This document shows, piece after piece, positions 13,160 through 28,100 of a DNA stretch of 64,000 nucleotides (position 1 is the first letter of the stretch; each line of letters begins with the position of its first letter). Position numbers and translations under genes: made by a program. Below the pieces are notes generated by a model that did not search any database, was not told the origin of the DNA, and saw nothing but the letters and a program-made list of their open reading frames with translations. Source of the DNA: the human T2T-CHM13v2.0 reference genome, Homo sapiens; the NCBI RefSeq assembly GCF_009914755.1, contig NC_060945.1. One strand, written 5' to 3'.

Positions 13160-16100
13160 AGAATGCTTCTGTGTAGTTTTTATGTGAAGATATTTCCTTT
13201 TCCACCATAGGCCTCAAAGCGCTCCAAATATCCACTTGCAGATTCTACAAAAGAGTGTGTCCAAACTGGTCAATCAAAAGAAAGGATCAACTCTCTGAGA
13301 TGAATGCACACATCACAAAGAAGTTTCTCAGAATGCTTCTGTCTAGTTTTTATGTGAAGATATTTTCTTTTCCACAACAGGCCACAAAGCACTCTAAACA
13401 TCCACTTGCAGATTCTACAAAAAGACGGTTTCAAAACTGCTCAATCAAAAGAAAGGTTCAACTCTGTGAGATGAATGTACACATTACAAAGACGTTTCTC
13501 AGAATGCTTCTTCATAGTTTTTATGTGAGGATATTTCCTTTTCCACCATAGGTCTAAATGTGCTCCAAATATCCACTTGCAGATTCTACAAAAAGAGTGA
13601 TTAAAAACTGCTCAATCAAAGGATAGATTCAACTCGGTGAGATGAATGCACACATCCCAAATAAGTTTCTCAGAATGCTTCTGTGTAGTTTCTATGTGAA
13701 GATATTTCCTTTTCCACCAAAGATCTCAAAGCGCTAAAAATATCCCCTTGGAGATTCTACAAAAAGAATGTTTCCAAACTGCTCAATAAAAAGAAAGGTT
13801 CAACTCTGTGTGATGAATGCACACGTCACAAAGTAGTTTCTCACAATGCTTCTTTGTAGTTTTTATGTGAAGATATTTCCTTTTCCACAATAGGCCTCAA
13901 AGTGCTCGAAACATTGACTTGCACATTCTACAAAACGAGTGTTTCAAAACTGCTCAATCAAAAGAAAGGTTCAGCTTTGTGAGATGAATGCACACAACAC
14001 AAAGAAGTTTCTCAGAATTATTTTGTGTGGTTTTTATGTGAAGATATTTCCTTTTTCACACTTGGCCACACAACGCACCAAATATCCACTTACAGAATCT
14101 GCAAAGACAGAGTTTCAAAACTGCTCTATAAAAAGATAGGCTCAACCCGGTGACTTGAATGCACACATCTCAAAGAGGTGTCTCAGAATGCTTCTGCGTA
14201 CTTTTTGTAAAGATATTTCCTTTTACACCATTCACCACAAAGTGCTCCAAACATCCACCTGCAGATGTTACAAAAAGAGTGTTTCCAAACTGATCAATGA
14301 AAAGAAAGGTTCAACTCTATGAGACGAATTCACACATCATGAAGAAGTTTCTCACAATACTTTTGTGTAGTTTTTATGTGAAGATATTTCCTTTTCCAAA
14401 ATAGGCCTTAAAGGACTCCAAATATCCCCTTGCAGATTCTACAAAAAGGGCGTTTCAAAAGTGCTCAATCAAAAGAGAGGTTCAACTCTTTGAGGGGAAT
14501 GCACGCATAGCAAAGAAGTTTCTCAGAATGCTTCTGTGTAGTTTTTATGTGAAGATATTTCCTTTTCCACAGTAGGCCTCAAAGGGCTACAAATATACAC
14601 TTGCAGATTCTACAAAAAGAGTGTTTCAAAACTGTTCAATCAAAAGAAAGGTTCAAGTCTGTGAGTTGAATGCACACATCATAAAGAAGTTTCTCAGAAT
14701 GCTTATGTGCAGTTTTTATGTGAAGATATTTCCTTTTCCACAATTTGCCTCAAAGCACTCCAAATATCCACCTGCAGATTCTGTAAAGATTGTTTCCAAA
14801 CTGCTCAAAGAAAAGAAAGGTTCAACTTCGTGAGATTAATGCACTCATCACAAAGTAGTTTATCAGAATGCTTCTGTGTCATTTTTATGTGAAGATATTT
14901 TCTTTTCCACAGTAGGCCTCAAAGTGTTTCAAATATCCACTTGCTTATTCTATTAAAAGAGAGTTTCCAAACTGTTCAGTCTAAAGAAAGGTTCAACTCT
15001 GTGAGATGAATGTGCACATCACAAAGAAGTTTCTCAGAGTTCTTCTGTGTAGTTTTTATGTGAAGGTATTTCCTTTTACACAGTAGGCCACAAAGGGCTC
15101 CAAATATTCACCTGCAGATTCTCCAAAAAGAGAGTTTCTAAAATCCTCTACCAATAGATAGGTACAACTCTGTGAGTTGAATGCACACATCACAAAGAAG
15201 TTTCTCAGAATGCTTCTGTGTAGTTTTTATGTGAAGATATTTCAATTTCCACAATAGTCCTCAAAGCGCTCTAAATATCCACTTTTAGATTCTACTAAAG
15301 AGTGTTTTCAAACTGCTCAATCAAAAGAATGGTAAAACACTGTGAGATGAATGCAAAAATCACAAAGAAGTTTCTCAGAATGCTTCTGTGTAGTTTTCAT
15401 ATGAAGATATTTCCTTTTCCACAATGGGCCTCAAAGCGCTCTGTGAGATGAATGCACACGTCACAAGACATTTCCCAGAATGATTCTGTGTACTTTTCCT
15501 GTGAAGATACTTCCTTTTCCACAATAGTCCTCAAAGCTTTCCAAATATCCACTTGCAGATTCTACAAAAAGTGTGTTTCAAAAGTGCTCAATCAAAAGAA
15601 ATGTTCTACTCTGTGAGATGAATGCAACATCACCAAGAAGTTTCTCAGAATGCTTCCGTGTAGTTTTTATGTGAAGATATTTCCTTTTACACCATAGACC
15701 TCAAATCGCTCCAACTATCCACTTGCAGATTCTACAAAAAGAGTGTTTCCAAACTGCTCATTCAAAAGAAAACTTCAACTCTGTGGGATGAGTAAACACC
15801 TCGCAAAGAAGTTTCACAGAATGATTCTGTGTAGTTTTTATGTGAAGATATTTCCTTTTCCACAATAGGCCTCAAAGCACCCCTAATATCCACTTGCAGA
15901 TTCTACAAAAAGAGTGTTTCAAAACTGCTCAATCAAAAAAAGTTTCAATTCTTTGAGTTGAAAGCATACATCACAAAGAACTTTCTAAGAATGCTTCTGT
16001 ATAGTTTTTATGTGAAGATATTTCATTTTCCACAATAGGCCTCAAAGAGCTCCAAATGTCCACTTCTAGTCACTACAAAAAGAGAGTTTCCAAAGTGCTA

Positions 16101-19100
16101 ATGAAAAGAAGGGTTCAATTCTGTGAGATGAATGCATACATCACAAAGAAGTTTCTCAGAATGCTTCTGATTACTTTTTATGTGAAGATATTTCCTTTTC
16201 CACAATAGACCTCAAAGGGCTCCAAATATCCACTTTCAGATTGTACTAGAAGAGTGTTTCAAAAATGCTCAATCAAAAGAAAGTTTCAACTTTGTGAGGT
16301 GAATGCACACATCACAAGAAATTTCTCAGAATGCTTCTGTGTAATTTTTATGTGAACATACTTCCCTTTCCACAATAGTCAACAAAGCCCTGCAAATATA
16401 CACTTGCACATTCTAGAAAAAGAGTGTTTCAAAACTGCTCAATCAAAAGAATGTTTCAACCCTGTGAGGTGAATGCACACATCACAAAGAAGTTTCTCAG
16501 AATGCTTCCGAGTAGTTTTTATGTGAAGATATTTCCTTTTCAACCGTAGGCCTAAAAGCACTCCAACTATTCACTTGCAGATTCTACAAAAAGAGTGTTT
16601 CCAAACTGCTCAATCAAAAGAAAACTTCAACTCCATGAGGTGAGTAAACACAATGCAAATAAGTTTCACAGAATGATTCTCCATAGTTTTTATGTGAAGA
16701 TATTTCCTTTTCCACCACAAGCCGCAAATGTCTTTAAATATCCACTTCCAGGTTCTACAAAAAGAGATATTCAAAACTGCTTAATCAAAAGGTAGGTTCG
16801 ACTCTGTGAGTTGAATGCATACATCACAAAGTAGTTTCTCAGAACGCTTCTGTGTAGTTTTTATGTGAAGATATTTCCTTTTACACCATAGGCCTCAAAG
16901 CGCTCCAAATATCCACCTGGAGATTCCAAGAAAAGAGAAATTCAAAACTGCTTATCAAAAGATAGGTTCAACTCCGAGAGTTGAATGCACACATCACAAA
17001 TAAGTTTCTAAGAATGCTTCTGTGTATTTTTTATGTGCAGAAATTACCTTTTCCTCAGTACACCTTACAGAGCTGCAAATATCTACCTGCAGATCGCACT
17101 AAAAGAGTATTTCAAAACTGCACAATCAAAAGAAAGGTTCACCTCTGTGAAATGAATTCACACATCACAAAAAGTATCTCAGACTGTTCCTGTGTAGTTT
17201 TTATGTGAAGATACTTCCTTTTACACAATAGCTGTCAAACGCTCCAAATATCCACTAGAAGATTCTACAAAAAGAGTATTTCAAAACTGCTTAAACAAAA
17301 GAATGCTTCAACTCTGTCAGATGAATGCACACATCACAAAGAAGTTTCTCTGAATGCTTCTGTGTAGTTTTTATGTGAAGATATTTCCTTTTCCACTGTA
17401 GGCTGCAAAAGGCTCCAAATATCCACATGGAGATTCTACAAAAAGAATGTTTCCAAACTGGTCAATGAAAAGAAAGATACAACTCTGTGAGTTGAATGCA
17501 CACATCACAAAGAAGTTTCTCAGAATTCTACTGTGTAGTTTCTATGTGTAGATATTTTCTTTTCCACAAAAGGCCTCAAAGCGTTCCAATTATCCACTTG
17601 CAGATTCTACAAAAAGATTGTTACAAAACTGCTCAATGAAAAGAACGGTTCAACTCAGTGGGTGGAATGCACACATCACAAAGAAGTTTCTCAGAATGTT
17701 TATGTGTAATTTTTATGTGAAGATAGTTCCTTTTCCGCAATAGGCCTCAAAGCGCTCCAAATATCTACTTGCAGATTCTACAAAAAGTGTTTTTCAAAAC
17801 TGCTCAATCAAAGCAAAAGTTCAACTCTGAGATGAATGCCCACATCACAAAGAAGTTTCTCAGAATGCTTCTGTGTAGTTTTCATGTGAAGATAATTCGT
17901 TTTCCACAATAGGCCTCAAAGCACCCCAAATATCCATTGCATATTCTACTAAAAGCATGTTATAAAACTGCTGAATCAAAAGAAAGGTTCAACTCTGTGA
18001 GATGAATGCACAAGTCAAAATAAAGTATCTCAGAATGATTCTGTGTAGTTTTTGATGAAGATACTTCCTTTTCCACAAAAGACCTTAAAGGGCTCCTAAT
18101 ATCCACTTGCAGATTCTACAAAAAGAGAGATTCAAAACTGCTCAATCAAAAGATAGGTTCAACTGTGTGAGTTGAATGCACACATCACAAAGAAGTTTCT
18201 CAGAATGCTTCTGTGCAGTTTTTATGTGAAGATACATGCTTTTCCACAGTAGGCCTCGAAGCGCACCAAATATCCACTTGTAGATTCTACAAAAAGAGTG
18301 TTTCCAAACTGCTCAATCAAAAGCAAGTTTCAACTCTGTGAGATGAATGCACATAACACAAAGTAGTTTCTCAGAATGCTTCTGTGTATTTTTTGTGTGA
18401 AGATATTTCCTTTTCCACAATAGGCCTCAAAGCCCCCCAAATATCCACTTGAAGATTCTACAAAAAGAGGGTTTTAAAACTGCTCAATCAAAAGAAAGTT
18501 TCAACTCTGTGAGATGTATGCACACATCACAAAAAAGTTTCTCAGAATCCTTCTGTGTAGTTTTTCTGTGAAGATATTTCCTTTTCCAGAATAGCCCTCA
18601 AGGCGCTCCAAATATCCACTTGAAGATTCTGCAAAAAGAGTATTTCAAAACTGCTTAATCAAAAGAATGCTTCAACTCCGTGTGATGAATGCACATATCA
18701 CAAAGAAGTTTCTCAGAATGCTACTGTGTAGTTTTTACGTGAAGATATTTCCTTTTCCACCATAGGCTGCTACGTGGTCCAAATATCCACCTGCAGATTT
18801 TACAAAAGGAGAGTTTCAAAACTTCTCAATGAAAAGATAGGTTCAACTATGTGAGTTGAATGCACACATCACAAAGAAGTTTCCCAGAATGCTTCTGTGT
18901 AGTTTTTATGTAAAGATATTTCCTTTCTCAAATAGGCCTCAAAGTCCTGTAAATATACACTTCCGGATTCTACAAAAGAGTGTTTCAAAGCTGCTCAATC
19001 GAAGGAAAATTTCAACTCTTTGTGATGTATGCACTCATCACAAAGTAGTTTCTGTGAATGCTTCTGTGTAGTTTTTATGTGAAGATATTTCCTTTTTCAC

Positions 19101-22100
19101 AACTCCAAATATCCACTTCCAGATTCTACAAAAAGAGAGTTTCAAAACTGCTCAATCAAGAGATAGGTTCAACCCTGTGAGTTGAATGCACACATCAGAA
19201 AAAAGTTTCTGAAAATGCTTCTGTGTAGTTTTTATGTGAAGGTATTTCCTTTTCCAACATAGGCCTCAAAGTGATCAAATTATCCACCTGAAGATTCTAC
19301 AAAAAGTGTGTTTCCAAACTGTTCAATGAAAAGAAAGGTTCAACCCTGTGAGATGAATGCACACATCACAAGGAAGTTTCTCAGAATGGTTCTGTGTAGT
19401 TTTTATGTGAAGATGTTTCCCTTTACACGATAGGCCTCAAAGGGCTCCAAATATCCAGTTGAAGATTATACAAAAAGAGTGTGTCCAAACTGCTGAATCA
19501 AAAGGAAAGTTCAGCTCTGTGAGATAAAAGTACACATCACAAAGAAGTTTCTCAGAATGCTTCTGTGTAGTTTTTATGTGAAGATGTTTCCTTTTCCACC
19601 ATAGGCCGCCAAGGTCTCCAAGTATCCACTTTCAGATTCTACAAAAAGAGAGATTCAAAAGTGCTCAATCAAAAGATAGATTCAAAACTGTGAGTTAAAT
19701 GCACACATAACAATGAAGTTTCTCAGAATACTTCTGTGTAGTTTTTATGTGAAGATATTTCCTTTTACACAATACGCCTCAAAGCACTAAAAATATCCAC
19801 TTGCAGATTCTACAAAAATAGTGTTTTAAAACTGCTCAATCAAAAGAAAGTTTCAACTCTGTGAGGTGAATGCCCACATCACAAAGAAGTTTCTTAGATT
19901 GTTTATGTGTAGTTTTTATGTGAAGATATTTACTTTTCCACTGTCGGCCTCAAAGTGCTCCAAATATCAACTTATAGACTCGCAAAAACAGTGTTTCAAA
20001 ACCGCTTAATGAAAAACTAGGTTCATCTCTGTGAGATGAAGGCACACATCACAAAGAAGTTTCTCAGAATGCTTCTGTGTAGTTTTTATGGGAAGATAAT
20101 TCCTGTTCCAAAATAGGCCTCAAAGCCCTCCAGATATCCACTTGCAGACTCTACAAAAAGTGTGTTTCATAACTGTTCAGTCAAAGAAATTTTCAACTCT
20201 GTGTGGTGAATGGACTCATCACAAAGTAGTTTCTCAGAATGCTTCTGTGTAGTTTTTTTGGGAAGATATTTCCTTTATCACAAGAGGCCACAAAGGGCTC
20301 CTAATATCCACTTGCAGATTCTACAAAAAGAGAGATTCAAAACTGCTCAATCAAAAGATAGGTTCAGCTCTGTGTGATTAATGCACTCATCACAAAGAAG
20401 TTTCTCAGAATGCTTCTGTGCAGTTTTTATGTGAAGATACATGCTTTTCCACAATAGTCCTCAAAGTGCTCCAAATTTCCACTTGCAGATTTTATAAAAA
20501 GATTGTTTCAAAAGTGCTCAATCATAAGATAGGTTCAACTCTGTAAGATGAATGCACACATCAAAAAGAAGTTTCTCAGAATGCTTCTATGTAGTTTTTA
20601 CTTGAAGATATTTCCTTTTCCACCTTATGCTGTAAAGGGCTCCAAATATCCACTTGTAGATTCTTCAAAAAGAGAGATTCAAAACTGCTCAATCAAAAGA
20701 TAGATTTAACTACGTGAGTTGAATGCACATATCTTAAAGATGTGTCTCAGAATGCTTCTGTCAGAAAGCTTCTGTGCAGTTTTTATTGGAAGATATTTCC
20801 TTTTCCTCTATAGGCTGCGAAGGGCTACATATATCCACTTGCAGATTCTACAAACAGAGAGATTCAAAACTGCTCAATCAAAAGATAGGTTCAACCTTGT
20901 GAGTTGAATGCACACATCACAAAGTAGTTTCTCAGAATGCTTCTGTGTATTTTTTATGTGAAGATATTTACTTTTCCACAATAGGCCTCAAAGAGCTCCA
21001 AATATCCACTTGTAGATACACAAAAAGAGTGTTTCAAAACTTCTCAATCAAAGGAAAGGTTCAACTCTTTGAGATGAATGCGCCCATCACAAAGAAGTTT
21101 CTCAGAATGCCTCTGTGTAGTTTTTATTTGAAGATATTTGCTTTTCCGCAGTAGGCCTCAAAGCACTCCAAATATCCAGTTGCAGATTCTACAAAAATAG
21201 TGTTTCAAAAGTGCTCAATCAAACAAAAGTTCAACTCTGTGAGATGAATGCACACATCACAAAGAAGTTTCTGAGAATGCTTCTGTGTAGTTTTTATATG
21301 AAGATATTTCCTTTTCCACAATAAACCTCAAAGTGCTCCAAATATCCACTTGCAGATTCTACAAAGAGAGTGTTTCAAAACTGCTCAATCATAAGATAGG
21401 TTCCACACAGTGAGATGAATGCACAAATAACAAAGAAGTTTCTCAGAATGCATCTGTGTTGTTTTTATTTTTAGATGTTTCCTTTTACTGCATAGGCTGC
21501 AAAGGGCTCAAAATATCCACCTGCAGATTCTACAAAAAGAGAGATTCAAAACTGCTCCATCAAAAGAAAGGCTCAACTCTGTGAGATGAATGCACACATC
21601 ACAAAGAAGTTTCTCAGAATGCTTCTGTGTAGTTTTCATGTGAAGATATTGCTTTTCCACAGTAGCCCTCAAACCGCTCCAAATATCCACTTGCAGATTC
21701 TTCAAAAGCAGTGTTTCAAAACAGCTCAATCAAAATAAACGTTCAACTCTGTGAAATGAATGCACTCATCACAAAGAAGTTTCTCAGAATTCTTCTGTGC
21801 AGTTTTTATGTGAAATTATTTCCTTTTCCACCACAGGCTGCAAAGGGCTCCAAATATCCACTTGCAGATTCTACAATAAGAGAGATTGAAAACTGCACAA
21901 TCAAAAGATAGGTTCAACTCTCCTAGTTGAATGCACACAGCACAAAGAATTTCCTCAGAATGCTTCTGTGTAGTTTTCTTTGGAAGATATTTCCTTTTCC
22001 ACCATAGGACCCAAACTCTCTAAATATCCACTAGCAGATTCTACAAAAAGAGTGTTTCCAAACTGCTCAGTCAAAAGAAAGGTTCAACTCTGTGAGATGA

Positions 22101-22162
22101 ATGCAAACATCGCCTAGAAGTTTCTCAGAATGCTTCTGTGTAGTTTTTATGTGAAGATATTT
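13160..22162. repeat. Copy 2 of the 8,967-bp tandem duplication (plus 36-bp terminal homology 22127-22162)
   Basis: Same private indels as copy 1 (~70-bp deletion at ~6474/15441; 14-bp duplication at 11781/20748); identity ends at 13195/22162. Confidence 0.96.
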
Positions 22163-25100
22163 TCTTTTCCTAAATAGTCCTCAAAGCACCGCAAATATCC
22201 ACTTGCAGATTCTACAAAAAGAATGTTCCAAAGCTGCTCAATCAAAAGAAAGGTTCAATTCTGTGAGATGAATTCACACATCACAAAGCAGTTTCTCAGA
22301 ATGCTTCTGTGTAGTTTTTATATGAAGATACTTGTTTTTCCACAGTAGACCTCCAAGCGCTCAAAATATCCACTTGCAGATTCTACAAAAACAGTGTTTC
22401 ATAACTGCTAAATTGAAAGAAATGTTCAACTATTTGAGATGAATGTACACATCACAAAGGAGTTTCTCAGAATGCTTCTGTGTAATTTTTATGTGAAGAT
22501 ATTTCCTTTTCCACAATAGGCCACAAAGCGCTCAAAATATCCATGTGCTGATTCTACAAAAACAGAGTTTCAAAACTGCTCAATCATAAGATAGGTTCAA
22601 CTCTGTGAGATGAATGCTGACATAACAAAGATGTTTCTCAGAATGTTTCTGTGTAGTTTTTATTTGAAGATATTTCCTTTTCCAAAATAGGCAGCAAAGG
22701 GCTCCAAATATCCACTTGCAGATTCTGCAAAAAGAGAAATTCAAAACTCCTCAATCAAAAAACAGGTTCAACTCTGTGAGTTGAATGCACACATCACAAA
22801 TACGTTTCTCAGAATGCTTCTGTGTAGTTCTTATGTGAAGATATTTCCTTTTACACAGGAGACCTCAAAGGCCTCCACATATCCACTTGCAGATTCTACA
22901 AAAAGTGTGTTGCAAAACTGCTCAATCAAAAGAAAGGTTCAACTCTGTGAGATGAATGCACACATCGAAAAGAAGATTCTCAGAATGCTTCTTTGTAGTT
23001 TTTATGTGAAGATATTTGCTTTTCCACAGTAGGCCTCAAAATACTCCAAATATCCAATTGCAGATTCTACAAAGAGAGTGTTTCCAAACTGCTAAATCAT
23101 AAGATAGGTTCAACTCTGTGAGATGAATGCACACATCACAAAGAAGTTTCTCAGAATGCTTCTGTGTAGTTTTTATGTGAAGATATTTCCCTTTACACAA
23201 TGGGCTTCAAAGTGCTCCAAATATCCACTTGCAGATTCAACAAAAAGAGTGTTTCAAAACTGCTCGGTCATAAGATAGGATAAATTCTATGAAATGAATG
23301 CATACATCACAAACAAGTTTCTCAGAATGCTTCTGTGTAGTTTTTATTTGAAGATATTTCCTTTTCCACGCTAGGCTGCAAAGGGCTCCAGATATCCACT
23401 TGCAGATTCTAGAAACAGAGAGATTCAAAACTGCTCAATCAAAGGATAGGTTCAACTCCATAAGATGAATGCACACATCACAAAGAACTTTCTCAGAATG
23501 CTTTTGCATAGTTTTTATGTGAAGATATTTCCTTTTCCACAATGGCATCAAAGCGCTCCATATATCCACTTGCAGATTCTACAAAAAGAGTTTTTCAAAA
23601 CTGCACTGTCAAAAGAAAAGTTCAACTCTGTGAGATGAATGCCCACATCACTAAGAAGTTTCTCAGAAGGCTTCTGTGTATTTTTTATGTGAAGATATTT
23701 GCTTTTCCAAAGTAGACCCCAAAGTGCTCCAAATATGCACTTGCAGATTCTTCAACAAGACTGTTTCGAAACTGCTCAATCAAAAGAAGTGTTCAACTCT
23801 GTTTGATGAATGCACTCATCACAAAGATGTTTCTCAGAATGCTTCTGTGAAGTTTTTATGTGAAGATATTTCCTTTTCCACCATAGGCCACAAAGGGCTC
23901 AAAATATCCACTTGCAGATTTTACAGAAAGAGAGATTCAAAACTGCTCAATCAGAAGGTATGTTGAAATCTGTGAGACGAATGCACTCATCACAAAGAAG
24001 TTTCTCAGTATGCTTCTGTGTAGTTTTTATGTGAAGATATATCCTTTTCCACAAAAAGCCTCAAAACGCTCCAAATACCCACTTGCAGATTCTACAAAGA
24101 GAGTGTTTCAAAACAGCTAAATCATAAGATAGGTTCAATTCTGTGAGATGAATGCACACATCCCAAAGAAGTTTCTCAGAATGCTTCTGTGTAGTTTTTA
24201 TGTTAAGATATTTCCTTTTCCACAATAGGCTTGAAAGTGCTCCAATTATCCACTTTCAGATTCTACAAAAAGAATGTTTCAGAACTGATCAATCATAAGA
24301 TAGGTTCAACTCTGCGAGATGAATGCACACATCACAAAGATATTTATCAGAAGGATTCTGTGTAGTTTTTATCCGAAGATACTTGCTTTTCCACAGATGG
24401 CCTCAAAGCACTCCAAATATCCACTTGCAGATTCAATAAAAACAGTGTTTCAAAACTGCTGAATCAAAAGAAAGGTTCAACTCTGTGAGATGAATGCACG
24501 CATCACAAAGAAGTTTCTCAGAATGCTTCTGTGTAGTTTTTAATTGAAGGTATTTCCTTTTCCTCCATGGGCTGCAAAGGGCTCCAAATATCCACTTGCA
24601 GCTTCTACAAAAAGAGAGATTCAAAACTGCTCAATCAAAAGATAAGTTCACCTCTGTGAGTCTAATGCACACATCACAAAGTAGTTTCTCAGAATGCTTC
24701 TGTGTAGTTTTTATGTGTAGATATTTCGTTTTCCACAATAGACCTCAAAGCTTTCCAAATATCCACTTGCAGATTCTACAAAAAGAGGGTTGCAAAACTG
24801 CTCATTCAACGGAAATTTCAACTCTTTTAGATGAATGCACACATCACAAAGAAATTACTCAGAATGCTTCTGTGTAGTTTTTATGTGAAGATATTTGCTT
24901 TTCCATAGTAGGCCTCAAAGTGCTCCAATATCCACTTGTAGGTTTTACGAAAACAGTGTTTCAAAACTGTCCAATCAAAGGAAAGTATCAACTCTGTGAG
25001 ATGAATGCACACATCATGAAGAAGTTTCTCAGAATACTTCCATATAATTTTAATGTGAAGACATTTGCCTTTCCACCGGAGGCCTCAAAGCACTCCAAAT

Positions 25101-28100
25101 ATCCACTTGCAGATTCTACAAAGCGAATGTTTCAAATCTGCTCAATCATAAGATAGGTTCAACTCTGTGATATGAAGGCACACATCACGAAGAAGTTTCT
25201 CAGTATGCGTCTCTGTAGTGTTTACTAGAAGATATTTCCTTATCGTCCATAGGCCACAAAGTGCTCCAAATATCCACTTGCAGATTCTAGAAAAACAGAG
25301 ATTCAAAGCTGCTCAATCAAAAGATAGGTTCAAGTCTGCGAGTTGAATGCACACATCACAAAGAAGTTTCTCAGAATGCTTCTGTGTAGTTTTTATGTGA
25401 AGATATTTCATTTTCCACAATAGGCCTCAAAGCACTCCAAATATCCACTTGCAGATTCTACAAAAAGAGTTTTCAAAACTTCTCAATCAAAACGAAAGTT
25501 CAACTCTGTGAGATGAATGCACACTTCACACAGAAGTTTCTCAAAATGCTTCTGCGTAGTTTCTATTTGGAGATATTTCCTTTTCCAATGTAGGCCACAA
25601 AGGGCTCCAAATATCCACTTGCAGATTCTACAAAAAAAGTGTTTCAAAAGTGCACAATCAAAAGAAAGGTGCAACTCTGTGAGATGAATGCACACATCAC
25701 AAAGAAGTTTCACAGAATTCTTCTGTGTAGTTTTTATGTGAAGATATTTCCTTTTCCAAAACAGGCCTGAAAGCCCTCCAATTATCAACTTTCAGATTCT
25801 ACAAAGAGAGTGTTTCAAAACTGCTCAATCATAAGATAGGTTCAAATCTATGAGATGAATGCACACATCACAGAGAAGTTTCTTAGAATTCTTCTGTGTA
25901 GTATTTATTTGAAGATATTTCCTTTTCCTCTGTAGGCCGCAAAGAGCTTCAAATATCCACTTGCAGATTATACAAAAAGAGAAATTCAAAACTGCTCAAT
26001 CAAAAGATAGGTTCAACTCAGTGATTTGAATGCACACATCACAAACGAGTTTCTTTGAATGCTTCTGTGTAGTTTTTATGTAAAGATATGTCCTTTTCCA
26101 TAATAGGTCTAAAAGGGCTCCAAATATCCAGTTGCAGACTCTACAAAAAGAGAGATTCAAAACTGCTCAATCAAAACAAACTTTCAACTCTGTGGGATGA
26201 ATGCACACATCACAAAGAAGTTTCTCAGAATGCGTCTATGTAGTTTTTACATGAAGATATTTGCTTTTCCACAGTTGACCTCAAAGCGGCCTATACAGAT
26301 TCTATACAAACAGTGTTTCAAAACTGCTCAATCAAAAGGAAGGTTCAACTCTGCTCAATGAATACCCACATCACAAAGTAGTTTCTCAGAATGCTTCTAG
26401 TAGTTTTTATGTGAAGATATTTCCTTTTACACAATAAGTCACAACGCGCTCAAAATATCCACCTGAAGTTTCTGCAAAGAGAGTGTTTCAAAACTGCTCA
26501 ATAATAAGATAGATTCATCTGTGTGAGATGAATGCACACATCACAAATAAGTTTCTCAGAATGCTTCTGTGTAGTTTTTATTTGAAGATATTTCCTTTAC
26601 CTCCATAGGCCACAAAGGGCTCCAAATATCCACTTCCAGATTCTACAAGAAGAGAGATTAAAAACTTCACAATCAAAAGATAGGTTCAACTCTGTGAGTT
26701 GAATGCACACATCACAAAGTAGTTTCTCAGGAAGCTTCTGTGTATTTTTTTTGTTAAGATATTTCCTTTTCAACAATAGGACTCAAAACACTGCAAATAT
26801 CTACTTTCATATTATACAAAAAGAGTGTTTCAAAACTGCTCAATCAAAATAAAGTTTCAACTCTGTGAGATGAATGCAGACATCACAAAGAAGTATCTCA
26901 GAATGCTTCTGTGTAGTTTTTATGTAAAGATATTTGCTTTTCCACAGTAGGACTCAAAGCGCTCCAAATTTCCATTGCAGATACTACAAAAACAGGGTTT
27001 CAAAAGTGCTCAATCAAAAGAAAGTTTCAACTCTCTGAGATGAATGCACACATCACAAAGAAGTTTCTGTGAATGCTTCTGTGTAATTTCTATGTGAAGA
27101 CATTTCTTTGCCACAATAGGCCTCCAAGCTCTCCAAGTATACACTTGCAGATTTTACAAAGAGAGTTTTTCAAAACTGCTCAATCATAAGATAGGTTCAA
27201 CTCTGTGAGATGAATGCATACAGCACAACGAAGTTTCTCAGAATGATTCTGTATAGTTTTTATGTGAAGATATTTGATTTTCCACAGTAGGCCTCAAAGC
27301 GCTCCAAATATCCCCTTGCAGATTCTACAAAAACAGTGTTTTAGAACTGCTGAAATATACGTTAGGTTCAACTCTGTGAGATGAATGCACGCATCACAAA
27401 GAAGTTTCTCAGAATGCTTCTGTGTAGTTTTCATGTGAAGATATTTCCTTTTCCTCCATAGGATGCAAAGGGCTCCAAATATCCAATTGCTGATTCTACA
27501 AAAAGAGAGATTCAAAACTGCTCAATCAAAAGATTAGTTCAACAATGTGAGTTGAATGCACACATCACAAAGATGTTTCTCAGAATCCTTCTGTGTAGTT
27601 TTTATGTGAAGATGTTTCCTTTTCCACTATAGGCCTCAAAGCGCTCAAGTATCCACGTGTAGATTCTACAAAAAGAGTGTTTCAAAACTGTTCAATCAAA
27701 AGAAAGGTTCAATTCTGTGAGATGAATGCATACATCACAAAGAATTTTCTCAGAATGATTCTGCGTAGTTTATATTTGAAGATATTTCCTTTTCCAACGT
27801 AGGTCTTAAAGAGCTCCAAATATCCACTTGAAGATTCTACAAAAGAGAGATTCAAAACTGCTCAATAAAAAGATATGTTCAACTCTATGAGTTGAATGCA
27901 CTCATCACAAAGAAGTTTATCAGAATACTTCTGAGTAGTTGTTATGTGAAGATATTTCCTTTTCTACCATATGCCGCAAAGGGCTCCAAATATCCACTTG
28001 CACATTCTACAAAAAGTGAGATTCAAAACTGCTCAATCAGAAGACGGGTTCAACTCTGTGTGTTGAATGCACACATCGCAAAGAAGTTTCTCAGAATGCT

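Noticed and set aside
27785-27805. ttccttttccaacgtagg as a possible CENP-B box
   Set aside because: It lacks the required CCCG and CGAA core positions; it is only a variant A-type box.
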